Assembly: GCA_046290225.1 (NCBI GenBank)
Contig: JBKAGE010000034.1
Coordinates: forward strand, 320,001-384,000
Direction of reading: 5' to 3'
Source of the DNA: Bradymonadia bacterium
GTDB lineage: Bacteria > Myxococcota_A > Bradymonadia > UBA7976 > UBA1532
DNA: 64,000 nucleotides
Shown: one piece after another, positions 19,559 to 30,262 of the stretch
Layout: the number at the start of each line of letters is the position of its first letter
How positions within the stretch are numbered: the stretch's first letter is position 1
The notes under the pieces: model-generated
The model's database searches: none
What the model was told of the DNA's origin: nothing
Seen by the model: the letters and a program-made list of their open reading frames with translations, nothing else
Program-made: the position numbers and the translations under genes

Positions 19559-21577
19559 TCAACGACGAGGAAGATCTTCTGCACCGGCCCCCTCGGGTGA
19601 CCGTCCTGGCGCCCCTTGCTCCACCAGCGGATCCACCCCGCCCAGCAAGGGCGCCACACCAGGTGCGAGCGCCACTCTGACCGCCTGCTGCCCCAAGGCG
19701 TCGGCATCAATCTGCATCACATGACCCGGGCGCATGAACTGCCCGTGTTTGAAGGCCAGCTTCAACAGACGCTGGAGCTTCTTGCGTATGATGTGTCGCC
19801 CGAGGCGTTCGCCAGTGGGCGGAATCAGCCCGGCGTAGATGTCGGGGCCCGGATGTGGCACCAGCACATCACCCGGGCGTGGGCTTGCGCCCAGAGCGTC
19901 GAGGGTGCTGAGCAATCGAGTGGGATGATCGGGCAGGCCTTGAGCGCCATTGAGTCGAATCCCATGAGGCCGCGGCCAGGCGCCCGGCCCCTGAGGGATG
20001 GTGATCCACGGCCCGGCTCGGAAAAACCCCTCGGCCCCACGGGCAGCCCGGTCGAGCCCCCCCGCCTCCCCGGGAGACAGGGCTGCGAGGAACCGATATT
20101 CCCCGAGGGCGAACTCCACCACGGGCACATAGCCCACGGCCCCTGGCGTTTCAGGATCTCCCACGACCACGCCGATGGCGGATCGGCCCTCGACGAGCAT
20201 GGGGGCCTCGAGACCCAGGTGCTCCAAGGCCTCGGAGACGACACCTCTCAGCCGGCGACTGGTACCGTTGAGCGCCTCGATGCGCAGCAAATCGTCGCGG
20301 GCGGGCAAAACGAGCGGACGCGACGGTCCGGTGAGCATACGGGGGCGCCGCTCTTCTACCCCCTCGGCACCGACCCACCACCACCTGCTGGCGACGCCGT
20401 CACCTTCGTGGGCGAGGGTGATGGGCGAGAGGATGCGGCCCTCCGGGACCGCCTGGAGGCACGCCGGCAGGCCTCTCCATCGTCCACGGCGCTTCCACAA
20501 TGACTGGGCCTCTGAGAGCCACTGGGTCATGATCCTCGTCGTGGAGGCGTCGGCCCCCGGCAGAGGCATCACTCTCAGCGCGCCGCTGCGCCACCGCCGA
20601 TCGACGATGGCCCATCGCGGGCCCTCTCTCTCACTCTGGGCGCTGTAGGGCAGTTCGAGGGCCTCCGCACAGGCCTCTGACAAGCCCGGGCCCTGATAAC
20701 GCGTGAGCCTCAAAGGCTCGAACCTGCGCCACGCTGATCCCAGCATGTCAGCGAGGGTGACCGCCTTCAGGCCTGCTTCATCAAGAGCCCTGGCAATGCC
20801 TTCTGCGGCCTCTGCCACCACACACGGACGGCTCACCGCGTCTTCGCCCTCTGCCCCGGCAACGTCGATGACCACGATGTCACCATCGCCGAGTCGGCCG
20901 CTGAGGGCCTGCACCAGAGCCTCGGGGGACCGTGCGTCGACGTGCAGGCTCCACAACATCACCGGCTGGCCCACTTCACCCGCAGTGCGCATCAGCTTGG
21001 GGCCGATGGCATCGACGGGTGGGCGCCAGCCCAGGGGGAGCGTGCCCTCCTCACCACGGGGATCGAGGCTCTGAAGGATGGCCCGCCCCTCGTCGAGCCC
21101 CGCGGCGAGGTCCTCCGGCGAGCTCTGCCACCGGGCATAGACCGGCTCCGCCAACAGGGCCAGCTCGTGACCATCCTCGGCCACCGTGGAGATGATCTGT
21201 GACCAGGCCTCCTGTCCGCTGGGGCCTTCCCCCTCGGCCACCTCCATCTTCGTCTGCCTGAGCAACCGGACGCGCTCGGGGGACCAGAAGAAGGTCACTG
21301 GGAGAGCCTTGAGGCCTTCGCCAGGAGACTTGAGGGCTTCGAGCGTGCGCAGCGCACAGCGATCGGGGCCGTTGATGGTGATGGCCACCCTGGGAGAGGT
21401 CCCCTCAGGTGCTGGCCCCCCACGGACGTAGACATGATGGAGAGATGAGGCAGTCCAGGGCGCCACGGCCTCGGCCACGGGCCCGGAGCCGCCACACCCA
21501 GCAATGGTGAGACACATGGCGATGGCCGAGGAGGTCAACGCCGACAGGCTCGACGAGAGAGATGGTTTACGCGCCAT
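19559..21577 (-). CDS. Hypothetical lipoprotein with degenerate polysaccharide-deacetylase (NodB-like) segment
   Basis: Lipobox IAGC; RVAITING, VTFF, GHEL, WRPP, GDIVVID, GLKAVTLADML resemble NodB motifs without catalytic residues; start uncertain. Confidence 0.45.
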   Translation of the reverse strand: MARKPSLSSSLSALTSSAIAMCLTIAGCGGSGPVAEAVAPWTASSLHHVYVRGGPAPEGTSPRVAITINGPDRCALRTLEALKSPGEGLKALPVTFFWSPERVRLLRQTKMEVAEGEGPSGQEAWSQIISTVAEDGHELALLAEPVYARWQSSPEDLAAGLDEGRAILQSLDPRGEEGTLPLGWRPPVDAIGPKLMRTAGEVGQPVMLWSLHVDARSPEALVQALSGRLGDGDIVVIDVAGAEGEDAVSRPCVVAEAAEGIARALDEAGLKAVTLADMLGSAWRRFEPLRLTRYQGPGLSEACAEALELPYSAQSEREGPRWAIVDRRWRSGALRVMPLPGADASTTRIMTQWLSEAQSLWKRRGRWRGLPACLQAVPEGRILSPITLAHEGDGVASRWWWVGAEGVEERRPRMLTGPSRPLVLPARDDLLRIEALNGTSRRLRGVVSEALEHLGLEAPMLVEGRSAIGVVVGDPETPGAVGYVPVVEFALGEYRFLAALSPGEAGGLDRAARGAEGFFRAGPWITIPQGPGAWPRPHGIRLNGAQGLPDHPTRLLSTLDALGASPRPGDVLVPHPGPDIYAGLIPPTGERLGRHIIRKKLQRLLKLAFKHGQFMRPGHVMQIDADALGQQAVRVALAPGVAPLLGGVDPLVEQGAPGRSPEGAGAEDLPRR

Positions 21578-21670
21578 GAGTTCCACGCTAAGTCCCTCCA
21601 TTGATTGTGTCCACCATCGGCCTCTGTGACCCTTCTCTGCACCCATGCTCGCCACGGGGGGGTAGTTTTA

Positions 21671-22795
21671 ATGCTGCGCCTCATGCTCTCGCTCGTCGCG
21701 ATCGCGCTCACCCCTGGGCTGAGCCGGGGCCAGAGCCGCGACCAGAGTGAAGCGCCGGCAGTGCCCGAGGCGGTATGGCTGATACTCCCCGACCAGGCGC
21801 ACCCCGTCGTGGAGGGTGTTCGCGCAGCGGCACAGGCTCGAGGCCCGGTGACAGTGAGCGTCGGAGATGGCGCTCCGCCTTCTACGCCACATCGCCGCGT
21901 CACCCTCACAGGCGGGCCGCCCTGGCGTCTCCGCATCGATGATCCTGCCCGAGCACCCTGGACGTCGTCGATCCCCGAAGTGAACGGACCACCAGCGACC
22001 GTGAAGCAGGCGGCGAGGTTGCGCGCCGAGTTTTTGTTGGACGCTCCACCCGCAGCGCCGATCCCCGAGCCCGATCCGCCGCCCACCGCAGCGCCGGCGC
22101 GGCCTCTGCCTCCGCCCTTGCCATTGGATCGCCTGAGGGATCTGACGCCCTACGCGCCATCTCCACCACCAGCCCTGCCCACGGTGGACCTGCCGCCGGT
22201 CCCCACCGATGTGTTCGACGGTACCCGCCTGAAGATTCATGGGCCCCCAGGCCCCCTCACGGCGCCAGCGCCTCCCCCGAGGGCCCGGGTCGACGACGCC
22301 CCGAGCCCGGTGCAGGCCCCACAGGCCACGCAGGCCCTGGGGCTGGCCCTCGGCCCTCAAGGGATCGAGCCCACAGCATTGAGAGCAGGCCTGAGCTGGC
22401 GTCTCGCCCTGGGCACTCAGTGGGCCATTGGCGTCGAGGGGCGGGGCCTGTGGCTCTCTCACGACGACGATCCTGCCTGGGGCTTCGGGGGTGCTTTCTC
22501 GTTGCACGTTCAGCCTGAGGGCGTGCCCATCACTGTGCTGGCCCTCGCCGGGCTCGATCACGTCGCCGATGCCCGACCAGCGACACAACCCCTCGCCGGT
22601 GTGGGGGTCGGGTGGACGCTCTTCTCCAACGCAGAGCTCTTCGTCGATCTCGAAGCCCGCCTCGAAGTGGCCCCTGCGCGCCGTGATCTCTTCGTCGACG
22701 AAGATGCGCACGGAAGCTGGCCACAGCTGCGTCCGTGGATTGGCCTCCACTTTCATCTGCCGCTCGCCGATGGGCATCCCATGGAGGGACTATGA
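21671..22795 (+). CDS. Secreted protein with Pro-rich linker and putative C-terminal beta-barrel
   Basis: Signal peptide, Pro-rich region, amphipathic beta strands; first gene of an ECF operon. Confidence 0.5.
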   Translation: MLRLMLSLVAIALTPGLSRGQSRDQSEAPAVPEAVWLILPDQAHPVVEGVRAAAQARGPVTVSVGDGAPPSTPHRRVTLTGGPPWRLRIDDPARAPWTSSIPEVNGPPATVKQAARLRAEFLLDAPPAAPIPEPDPPPTAAPARPLPPPLPLDRLRDLTPYAPSPPPALPTVDLPPVPTDVFDGTRLKIHGPPGPLTAPAPPPRARVDDAPSPVQAPQATQALGLALGPQGIEPTALRAGLSWRLALGTQWAIGVEGRGLWLSHDDDPAWGFGGAFSLHVQPEGVPITVLALAGLDHVADARPATQPLAGVGVGWTLFSNAELFVDLEARLEVAPARRDLFVDEDAHGSWPQLRPWIGLHFHLPLADGHPMEGL

Positions 22796-23550
22796 GCAGC
22801 AGCGAACTTTTTTCGGGGATATCTTCATCCCACCCGGGGTCACATGAACGTACGCCTGCTGAGCGAGGGGGCAAAGCCTCCCGCCACAGCGGCCGAAATC
22901 ACGCGATCTCCGAGGAGGCATCCCCCTTGACCGCCCAGGCCCTCACGATGAGCCAGATGGAAGAGCTCGGCCAGGAGCCCGCCCGCGAAGACCCCGAGGC
23001 CGCCCTCGTCGACGCCCTCATCGCCGGTGATGAGCGGGCCTTCGCCCGACTGTACCGCGATCACAGCGCCGACGTGTTCCGTCTCGCCCGGCGCTTCGTA
23101 TACAGCGACGCCGAGGCTGAAGAGGTCGTGCAGGAGGTCTTCCTCGCCGCCTTCAAGTACATCGGCCGGTTCCGACGGGAGTCTCGATTGAAGACCTGGC
23201 TGTACCGGATCACGGTGAACCGGGCGCTCAAGCGGCATCGCTGGTGGACGCGTCGTCGAGAGTCGGGCCCCGAGCCCATCGACATCATGAAGTCGTCGGC
23301 ACCGAGTCCCGAAGCACGGGCGAGTGATCGCCAGGCCCTCGCCTTGGTGCATGAGCTGCTCAACCAGCTCGACAAAAAGAAACAGACTGTGCTCGTGCTC
23401 CACGAGCTCGAAGGGCTCAACACTCAGGAGATCGCCGAGATCCTGGAGTGCCCCCGCTCCACTGTGCTCACGCGCCTCGCCCGGGCGCGCAGCGAGCTGA
23501 TCCGCCGGGCGCAGAAGCTCGGTGTATTGCCGGAAGAGGCCAAGTCATGA
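22792..23550 (+). CDS. ECF RNA polymerase sigma factor
   Basis: AEEVVQEVFL, LKTWLYRITVN, EIAEILECPRSTVLTRLARAR. Confidence 0.92.
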   Translation: MSSSELFSGISSSHPGSHERTPAERGGKASRHSGRNHAISEEASPLTAQALTMSQMEELGQEPAREDPEAALVDALIAGDERAFARLYRDHSADVFRLARRFVYSDAEAEEVVQEVFLAAFKYIGRFRRESRLKTWLYRITVNRALKRHRWWTRRRESGPEPIDIMKSSAPSPEARASDRQALALVHELLNQLDKKKQTVLVLHELEGLNTQEIAEILECPRSTVLTRLARARSELIRRAQKLGVLPEEAKS

Positions 23551-24503
23551 ACCCGCTGCACACATCACAGTCCGCAGGCGAAGAGGCCCGAAACCCACAG
23601 GTTCAGCAGTTGCTGGCCCCCCTCGCCCACGATCACGGTGCGCGCTGGACCCCGGAGCGCAGCGCCCGGGTGTGGTCCAACATCGAAGAGCAGCGCCAGA
23701 GCCGAAGCGCCTGGCGCCTGCCCGCCTTCGCGCTGCCCCTCGCCGCTGCTGCAGCCTGTGCCCTGGCGCTCTTCGTCTGGCGAGGCAGTGATCGCCCCGT
23801 GGCGCCTGAGCCCACCATCGCCCAGGCGGGTGATGTCTTGTCCGGGCCGAGCACCCTGCCCTCCGGAGCACAGCTGGCCATCAGCGGTCAGGTGCAGGTG
23901 GCCCGGGCCACCACAGGGGACACCACCCTGGTGCTCGAATCCGGCGAGGTCACCAACACCGTGCCGCCGGTCCCCGAAGGTGGCAGCTATGTGGTGAAGA
24001 CACCTGCGGCCACGGTGCACGTCGTGGGCACGGTGTTCACCGTGCGTCGCATGGACGACGGCGGCACAGCCGTCGAGGTCACTGAAGGCCGAGTGCGGGT
24101 GCAGCCCACAGATGGCAGCCCCGCGGTGATGGTGAGCGCCGGCGAGCGCCACGAGGTCACCCCTGCAAGTGTTCGACTCAAGGAATCAGCCTCGGCAACG
24201 ACGCCTGACTCAGCCCCCTCGAACGATGCGATGGAGGCCTCTGTCGCTGCCCAGAACGCCGCACTGGCCAGGGGGCGTACGCTCTCCAGGAACGCCCCGG
24301 AGCAGGCTGTGCAACATTGGGGTGAATTCATCGCCCGATGGCCCGAGGGGGTGCACCTCGAAGAGGCCATGATGCGATACGCCTTTGCTCAGGCCGCCGT
24401 GGGCAATCGACTCGCCGCCGCAGCCGCCGCCCAGCAGTGCCTCGACCGGTTCCCCGAGAGCCCCTATCAGGCCCGCTTGAAGGGTTTGCTGAGCCGCCCC
24501 TGA
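23547..24503 (+). CDS. FecR-domain anti-sigma factor with C-terminal TPR-like domain
   Basis: Single TM, VKTPAATVHVVGTVFTV...VEVTEGRV FecR motif; ATGA overlap with the sigma gene. Confidence 0.85.
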   Translation: MNPLHTSQSAGEEARNPQVQQLLAPLAHDHGARWTPERSARVWSNIEEQRQSRSAWRLPAFALPLAAAAACALALFVWRGSDRPVAPEPTIAQAGDVLSGPSTLPSGAQLAISGQVQVARATTGDTTLVLESGEVTNTVPPVPEGGSYVVKTPAATVHVVGTVFTVRRMDDGGTAVEVTEGRVRVQPTDGSPAVMVSAGERHEVTPASVRLKESASATTPDSAPSNDAMEASVAAQNAALARGRTLSRNAPEQAVQHWGEFIARWPEGVHLEEAMMRYAFAQAAVGNRLAAAAAAQQCLDRFPESPYQARLKGLLSRP

Positions 24504-24548
24504 CGACTCGAAGTTGAACCCCCAGCCGCCCAGGACTATCGTGCGGCC

Positions 24549-26150
24549 ATGCCTCAGTTCACCGAGTTCCCAGTCCTGCCCCAGGGTGAGTACACCCAGG
24601 CTGTCGATGCCTTCATCCGATTGATTCGCGGGGTCCCCCCTGAGGGCGAGCCCTTCTCCAGCTTTCGAAAGCGGCTGAAGAAAGCCAGCATGTGGAGCCG
24701 AGACCGCCTGATCGGTCTGCTGAGGTTCCTGCAGATCCCGCACGCGGATCCCATCATGCCCTCCGAGTTCATGACCGCCGTCACCGAGGCGGACGGTCTC
24801 GAAGGGGCCCGTGATGTGATCACCGCGCGTCTCTGGGCCATCAACCCCCTGCTGTTCAAAGCGGTGCTCGAGCGGCTCGAGGAGCGGGTGCACTCCCCGA
24901 ACGAGCTGTTCAAGTACGTCGACTCCTTCGCGTACCCTGGGGCCCGGTTGAGCCATCCCGAGATGCAGAACTGGATCAAGCTCGCTCAGGGCCTGGGTGT
25001 GCTCAAGCCCGTGGGCATTCGCGTCGCCGCCGACGTTCGGGGTGAGCAGTACCTGCCCGAAGCGCTGGACCTCGACATCGAGGACTTCCTCGAAGAAGAC
25101 CAGGAGGAGATCTGGCCTCCACCTGGGAGTGACACGGGCTCTGCAGGCGCAACGAGCGCTGAAGCCGCGACGGACGAGACTGCGGCAGCCTCCGCAGCGG
25201 TTGCGACAGTTGCCCCCGCACCCACGCCGTCTGTGGTGACGACCTCAGCATCAGCGCCCGCTGCACCACAGGCAGTCCGGTCATCTGCCCATGGGGCGCC
25301 CTCTGTGGTGCCCACCGCCCTCGCGCTCCCCAGCAGCTTGTCGGATCCACATCAAGGCTCGGGCACCAAAGTTCGGCTCGACCAGATTCGGGCCAGCGAA
25401 GGCCTCAGCGCCTCTCTGCAAAGCACCCTCGCGGAGCGGATCGAAGGGTGGTGGTCCGACCAGACAGCCGTGGAAGATCCCTACCCGCTCAACGACTTCC
25501 ACTTCGACGCCGAAGCCTGGATGGAAGATCCTCAGCGGGCACTCTTCCGCCTCGCAGTCGGTGCCGCCTTCGCCTTCCGGCTCGGCCGCAGTCCCGATCA
25601 GGCACGCCAGGCCTTCGAACACCTCGACGCTGTGGGCGTACTCGACGACTTGTTCCTCGGGACCGTGCCCGATCATCCCCCCGTCGACCTCGACCCTCAG
25701 GGGCTGATGCTGGCCTCTCTGGTGGCTCGACGCCTCGCGGAGAGCCCGGATCTGGCGACAGACCTGGAGCGGCAGAAGGATGCTGAGTCTGTTCTTCAGG
25801 CTCTGGAGAAGTCTCTGGGCCGGGGGCTGTTCTCCATCGAACTCTTCTGGATGCTGAGGCGGCTCGACCAGCTCGGCGTCGTCAGGGTGCCAGGCGCTGT
25901 CGACGTACGGGCGCTGCCCACGCGCTCGCTTCGAGAAGCGCTCTTCCGATTTGGCGTGCTCGACTCCCCCTACGCCAGCAACCTCGCCGATCTCGTGAAG
26001 GCATCTCAGGCAGCTCGGGCGCTCGTGGCGGCCCCGGGTTTGCCTGATCAAGTGATCTTGTCCTTCGCTCAGGCTGCCCAATGCGCCTTCGGCTGCCCTC
26101 AGCGCAAGCGGTGTGGGCTCCCCTGCAGAGAGCGGGTGGATCTGGGGTGA
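24549..26150 (+). CDS. Hypothetical protein with C-terminal four-Cys cluster
   Basis: Long ORF with host-like codon use; Ala/Ser/Thr linker; ends CAFGCPQRKRCGLPC. Confidence 0.6.
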   Translation: MPQFTEFPVLPQGEYTQAVDAFIRLIRGVPPEGEPFSSFRKRLKKASMWSRDRLIGLLRFLQIPHADPIMPSEFMTAVTEADGLEGARDVITARLWAINPLLFKAVLERLEERVHSPNELFKYVDSFAYPGARLSHPEMQNWIKLAQGLGVLKPVGIRVAADVRGEQYLPEALDLDIEDFLEEDQEEIWPPPGSDTGSAGATSAEAATDETAAASAAVATVAPAPTPSVVTTSASAPAAPQAVRSSAHGAPSVVPTALALPSSLSDPHQGSGTKVRLDQIRASEGLSASLQSTLAERIEGWWSDQTAVEDPYPLNDFHFDAEAWMEDPQRALFRLAVGAAFAFRLGRSPDQARQAFEHLDAVGVLDDLFLGTVPDHPPVDLDPQGLMLASLVARRLAESPDLATDLERQKDAESVLQALEKSLGRGLFSIELFWMLRRLDQLGVVRVPGAVDVRALPTRSLREALFRFGVLDSPYASNLADLVKASQAARALVAAPGLPDQVILSFAQAAQCAFGCPQRKRCGLPCRERVDLG

Positions 26151-27700
26151 AGAAGAAGACGCTCACGGGACGCATCAGCGGCTTCTTCCGCCGCGCACCA
26201 CAAGGTGAGGAGGAGCCGCCCTCCGAGCCCGCACCGAACGATGAGCCTCTGCCTCCGGCCACGGAGGGCGTCAACCTGCTCCTCATCAGTGATCTGCACC
26301 TCGGGGAGGCGTGCAAGGATCACAGCCGAATCGAATATCTGAAGCGCAGCGCCACCCTCGACGAGGACCTCTGTCGGTTCCTCGAGCACCACACCCACAA
26401 TCGTCTCGACGGGCGGCCGTGGCGTCTGGTCCTCGCAGGTGATCTGCTCGACTTCCTGCAGGTGACCATCGTGCCCACCGGCGCCTCTGATGAGGCCAGA
26501 CGATTTGGTCTGGGCACGACGGAGGAAGAGTCCGCCTGGAAGCTCTCCAGGCTGATGGAGCGTCACCGCCGTGCCTTTGTCTATCTCGCTGGCTTCGTCG
26601 GCGCCGGGCACCAGCTCGACATCATCCAGGGCAACCATGACGAAGAGCTGTTCTGGCCCAAAGTGCAGGAGACCCTCGTGGCGGGGCTCAAGCAGATCTA
26701 CTTCGGCGGCGAGGACACCGCGGAGGTCACCCCCGAGGATTTCGAATCTCGAGTGCGGTTTCATCCGTGGTGCTTGCACATTCCCGGCGTGCTCTATGTC
26801 GAGCATGGCCATCGATATGATCCGTACTGCGCCACGCCCCCACAGCTCTGCCCCTTGCGTCCCGGTGACGAGCGCGAGCTGACCCAACCGCTCAGCGGAC
26901 TGGCCATTCGTTACTTCGCCAACCTGGAGCGGGGGTTCCAGACCCACGACAAGGAGCACTGGGGCCTGAGAGAGTACAGCGCCTACTATCGCTCTCGGGG
27001 CTGGGGCCACCTGATCGACGTATGGCATCGCTATGTGCACTTCCTGAAGCAGGCCCATCAGTACTATCGGGATCATGGCAGCCTCAGCAGCGAAGCGGCA
27101 CACGCGCAACATCAGGCCGCCCTCGTAGAGGTGGCCGAGGCAGAGCAGATCACCCTCGCTGATCTTCAGGCCCTCGACACCCTCGGCGCCCCCTCGGTGA
27201 CCAGTGACGCCTTCGGGTTGTACGCCGGGGTGGGCATGGCCGAGTGGACCGCCATCTCCGGCGCGCTGTTCGTGGCTCTGCTGATGTTGCTGACCCCCTG
27301 GTCCTGGTGGGTCGAGTTGGGCCTCATCGGCGCAGGCATCTTTGCTGGGGTGCGCTGGGTCCGATACGCACGAGGGCGGTTCCCCCTCGCTGCCCCCATC
27401 TACCTCAGCGATGCAGCGGAGCAGATCGGCGCCCGGTTGAAAGTCCCGGTCGTAGCCATGGGCCACACCCACAAACCCCTGCGACGACGCCAGGCCTTCG
27501 ATCACCGGGCCTTCTACGTGAACACGGGCTCGTTCCTGGCGCCTCATGGACCGCACCACGGCCCCACTGAGCCCTGCACTTGTAGAACCACCTTCGTGGT
27601 GATCCCTCATGCGGGGGCGCATGACCGGCCCTCACCCAAACTGTATCGCTGGTGTGTGGTGAATCAGAAGCCTGCGCCCTTCAAGGTCAAGCGCGGCTGA
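26147..27700 (+). CDS. Calcineurin-like metallophosphoesterase with TM hairpin
   Basis: SDLHLG, GDLLD, GNHD, EHGH, GHTH, NTGS motifs. Confidence 0.85.
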   Translation: MKKKTLTGRISGFFRRAPQGEEEPPSEPAPNDEPLPPATEGVNLLLISDLHLGEACKDHSRIEYLKRSATLDEDLCRFLEHHTHNRLDGRPWRLVLAGDLLDFLQVTIVPTGASDEARRFGLGTTEEESAWKLSRLMERHRRAFVYLAGFVGAGHQLDIIQGNHDEELFWPKVQETLVAGLKQIYFGGEDTAEVTPEDFESRVRFHPWCLHIPGVLYVEHGHRYDPYCATPPQLCPLRPGDERELTQPLSGLAIRYFANLERGFQTHDKEHWGLREYSAYYRSRGWGHLIDVWHRYVHFLKQAHQYYRDHGSLSSEAAHAQHQAALVEVAEAEQITLADLQALDTLGAPSVTSDAFGLYAGVGMAEWTAISGALFVALLMLLTPWSWWVELGLIGAGIFAGVRWVRYARGRFPLAAPIYLSDAAEQIGARLKVPVVAMGHTHKPLRRRQAFDHRAFYVNTGSFLAPHGPHHGPTEPCTCRTTFVVIPHAGAHDRPSPKLYRWCVVNQKPAPFKVKRG

Positions 27701-27715
27701 GACTGGCCTGAGCGG

Positions 27716-28294
27716 TCACGCCTCGAAGGCCGCCCTGAGCACCCCGTCGAGTCGGCTCACGGCCTCTCTCGCCGTCTCCTTGCGCCCCATGGTCATGGGG
27801 ATGCCGGCCCCAACTCGATGGGTGACGCCGGTGACCAGCGGGCCAGGACCACGACGCAGGCTGCGCCTCACGGGTACGATGGGCACATCGCACTTGAACG
27901 CCACCTGCACCAGCCCCTCGCCCTCACCGAGTTGAGCCAGCACAGCGTGCCCGGCCATCAGCCGACGACGGATCACATAGTGGGAAGCAGGCAGCACCCC
28001 GAGGGCGCCGAGGTGCGGGTTGAGCGCCGGCCATCGCAGCCAGCGCTCGTCGAGCACGAGGCGTGGCCAGGGTCGGCCCGCCCGGCGCAGGGCCGAGGCC
28101 ATCGCCAGGGCATCGAGGGGGCTCGTCCCTGCAGGCAGGACCCAGAGGGCCCCCGCTGAGGGCCAGCGCTCAGGCCACTCCACACGATGGCGGCTCGCTC
28201 GGAGGGCGCCGGAGAGCAAGGGGCTCAGGCGATCGAGGGCGCTGGGGTCAAAAGCGTCAGGGGCGTCTGGGGGAAACAGTTCGGCAGTCTTCAT
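27716..28294 (-). CDS. Degenerate PlsC-like acyltransferase-fold protein
   Basis: Weak similarity (LGALGVLPA...RLMAGHAVL...VAFKCDVPIVPV); no clear HX4D motif. Confidence 0.4.
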   Translation of the reverse strand: MKTAELFPPDAPDAFDPSALDRLSPLLSGALRASRHRVEWPERWPSAGALWVLPAGTSPLDALAMASALRRAGRPWPRLVLDERWLRWPALNPHLGALGVLPASHYVIRRRLMAGHAVLAQLGEGEGLVQVAFKCDVPIVPVRRSLRRGPGPLVTGVTHRVGAGIPMTMGRKETAREAVSRLDGVLRAAFEA

Positions 28295-28313
28295 GGCCCG
28301 GGTGGGATGCAGT

Positions 28314-29495
28314 TCAGTTGTGTCCGGTCGCAGCGTCGGGATCGAGAAAACGACCCGTGGCCTCATTGGACTCGTGCACGCCGGTGTCTTCATCGTGCAC
28401 GTGGGTCTCGTTCGTGTGGGCTGCTCTTTCGAGCGACGCGAGCGTCTCGAGACCTGGCAGAGGGCCGGTCATGTCCACGAGGCGGGTGTAATTCACCCTC
28501 AGGCCTGTGGGCGTGTCGTCATCTGAGGGGCCCACGAGATCGAACTCTTGATAGCGCTCGTCGTGCTCCATGCGCTCACGGGCGAAAATACGGCTGAGCG
28601 TACGCCCCAGGTCGAGGGGCTTGAAGCGCGGGAACCGATCCCGCCGGTAGACCTCGAGCTCGTCTGCGAAAGCCTCGGCAGTGGCGTATCGTGCCTCTGC
28701 ATCCTTCGCCAGAGCCCTGGCGAGGATGCGCTCGAGGGTGGCATCGAGGCCAGGGAGATCGGCGACGCCGGGGTGAGGCTGATGGCGAATCGCCTCCATG
28801 ACCTCGACGTCTTCAGATCCCTTGAAGGGGGTCTCGCCCGTGAGGGTTTCGAAGAGCACGGCCCCTGCTGCGAAGACATCGGAGCGCCGGTCGAGCCGTC
28901 GCCCCATGGTCTGCTCCGGGCTCATGTAGCGCACCTTGCCCTTGATGACCCCCACCCGGGTCTTCACCCGGTTGAGGCGCCCCTTGGCGATGCCGAAGTC
29001 GATGAGCTTCACCTCGCCGCGGTAGCTGACCATGATGTTCGACGGGCTGAAGTCGCGGTGCACGATGTCGAGGGGCTCACCGGTGAGGTCGACCTGCTCG
29101 TGGGCACAATGCAAGCCCCTCAGCGCCTGTTCCACCGCCCACAAGCCGTACTCCACGGGCCAGGGCATCTCCCGAGCCCGGCAGCGACGCAGCGCAGATC
29201 GTAGATCTACCCCTTCGACGTACTCCATCACCAGGAAGTACTCGTCTTCGAGGTGGCTGAACTCGTACGTGCGGGTGATGTTGGGGTGATCGAAGAGGCA
29301 CGTGATCTTGGCCTCGTCAATGAGCATGTCGATGAACTCTTGATCGGCGGTGTAGAACGACAGCAACCGCTTGATGGCCACAGCCTCGAGCTCACCGTCG
29401 GCGTCGCGCCGGGCGGCACGATAGATCTCCGCCATTCCCCCAGAGGAGATCCGGTAGAGCAAACGATAGGGTCCAAGTGATCGAGCGCGGCGCAC
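28314..29495 (-). CDS. Eukaryotic-type Ser/Thr protein kinase
   Basis: GGMAEIY, VAIK, HRDFSPSN, DFG, YMSPEQ, RSDVFA. Confidence 0.95.
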   Translation of the reverse strand: MRRARSLGPYRLLYRISSGGMAEIYRAARRDADGELEAVAIKRLLSFYTADQEFIDMLIDEAKITCLFDHPNITRTYEFSHLEDEYFLVMEYVEGVDLRSALRRCRAREMPWPVEYGLWAVEQALRGLHCAHEQVDLTGEPLDIVHRDFSPSNIMVSYRGEVKLIDFGIAKGRLNRVKTRVGVIKGKVRYMSPEQTMGRRLDRRSDVFAAGAVLFETLTGETPFKGSEDVEVMEAIRHQPHPGVADLPGLDATLERILARALAKDAEARYATAEAFADELEVYRRDRFPRFKPLDLGRTLSRIFARERMEHDERYQEFDLVGPSDDDTPTGLRVNYTRLVDMTGPLPGLETLASLERAAHTNETHVHDEDTGVHESNEATGRFLDPDAATGHN

Positions 29496-29662
29496 GAGGG
29501 AAGGCTAGCTTGCCCGGCCCGCAGTTGCAATCCACCATACCCGGTGATAAGAGCTGCTCAGGGCAGCGCCTGGGCTGATGGTGCCGCGCATAAAGCCGCT
29601 CTCAGGGGTGTTTGACGAGATCGAGCCCCCACCATCACCGCGCTGACGAAGAGGAGATCACC

Positions 29663-30226
29663 ATGACTCGCCCCCTGCTTTTCCGCACCTCGACCCTCAC
29701 AGGTGCCCTCACCCAGGCCGCTCTCCTGGGGACGCTCACCCTCACCGCCTTCGGGTGCCAGGAGTCCGCCAAGGCCAAAGGTCCGGACCAGACGCCGCCC
29801 AAGGCGGCAGATGCTCCGGCGTCCCCTGATGCGGTGAAGGCTGAAGCGAAGCCCGCTGAGGCACCTGCAGCCGAGCAGGCTGAGGCCCCCATCTACGCGG
29901 TGAAGATCCGTCCTGGCGACGCCAAGGCCGGTCAGGCAGGGACTTCGGTCATCGAGGTGACCCCGGCGAAGGGCTACAAGGTCAACCTCGAGTTCCCCAG
30001 CCGTCTGAAGCTCTCGCCCGTGCAGGGTATCGCCCACACCAAGGCCGAGCTGGGCAAGGACGACGCCGAGGTCACCGAGAAGGTGTTGCGGTTCAACGTC
30101 GGCTTCACCCCCTCTGCTGCAGGGAAGTACGCCCTTGAAGGTGTGGCCGACTTCAGCGTCTGCAATGATCGCACGTGCCGCCTGATCCGCGGCGAAAAGC
30201 TCACCTGGGAGGTGGCGGTACAGTAA
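29663..30226 (+). CDS. Lipoprotein with DsbD-N-like beta-sandwich domain
   Basis: Lipobox AFGC; GYKVNLEFP and FSVCNDRTC; GAGGAG RBS. Confidence 0.6.
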   Translation: MTRPLLFRTSTLTGALTQAALLGTLTLTAFGCQESAKAKGPDQTPPKAADAPASPDAVKAEAKPAEAPAAEQAEAPIYAVKIRPGDAKAGQAGTSVIEVTPAKGYKVNLEFPSRLKLSPVQGIAHTKAELGKDDAEVTEKVLRFNVGFTPSAAGKYALEGVADFSVCNDRTCRLIRGEKLTWEVAVQ

Positions 30227-30262
30227 GCTGCCGTCACACAGCACAACCCTCGAGGACCATCG

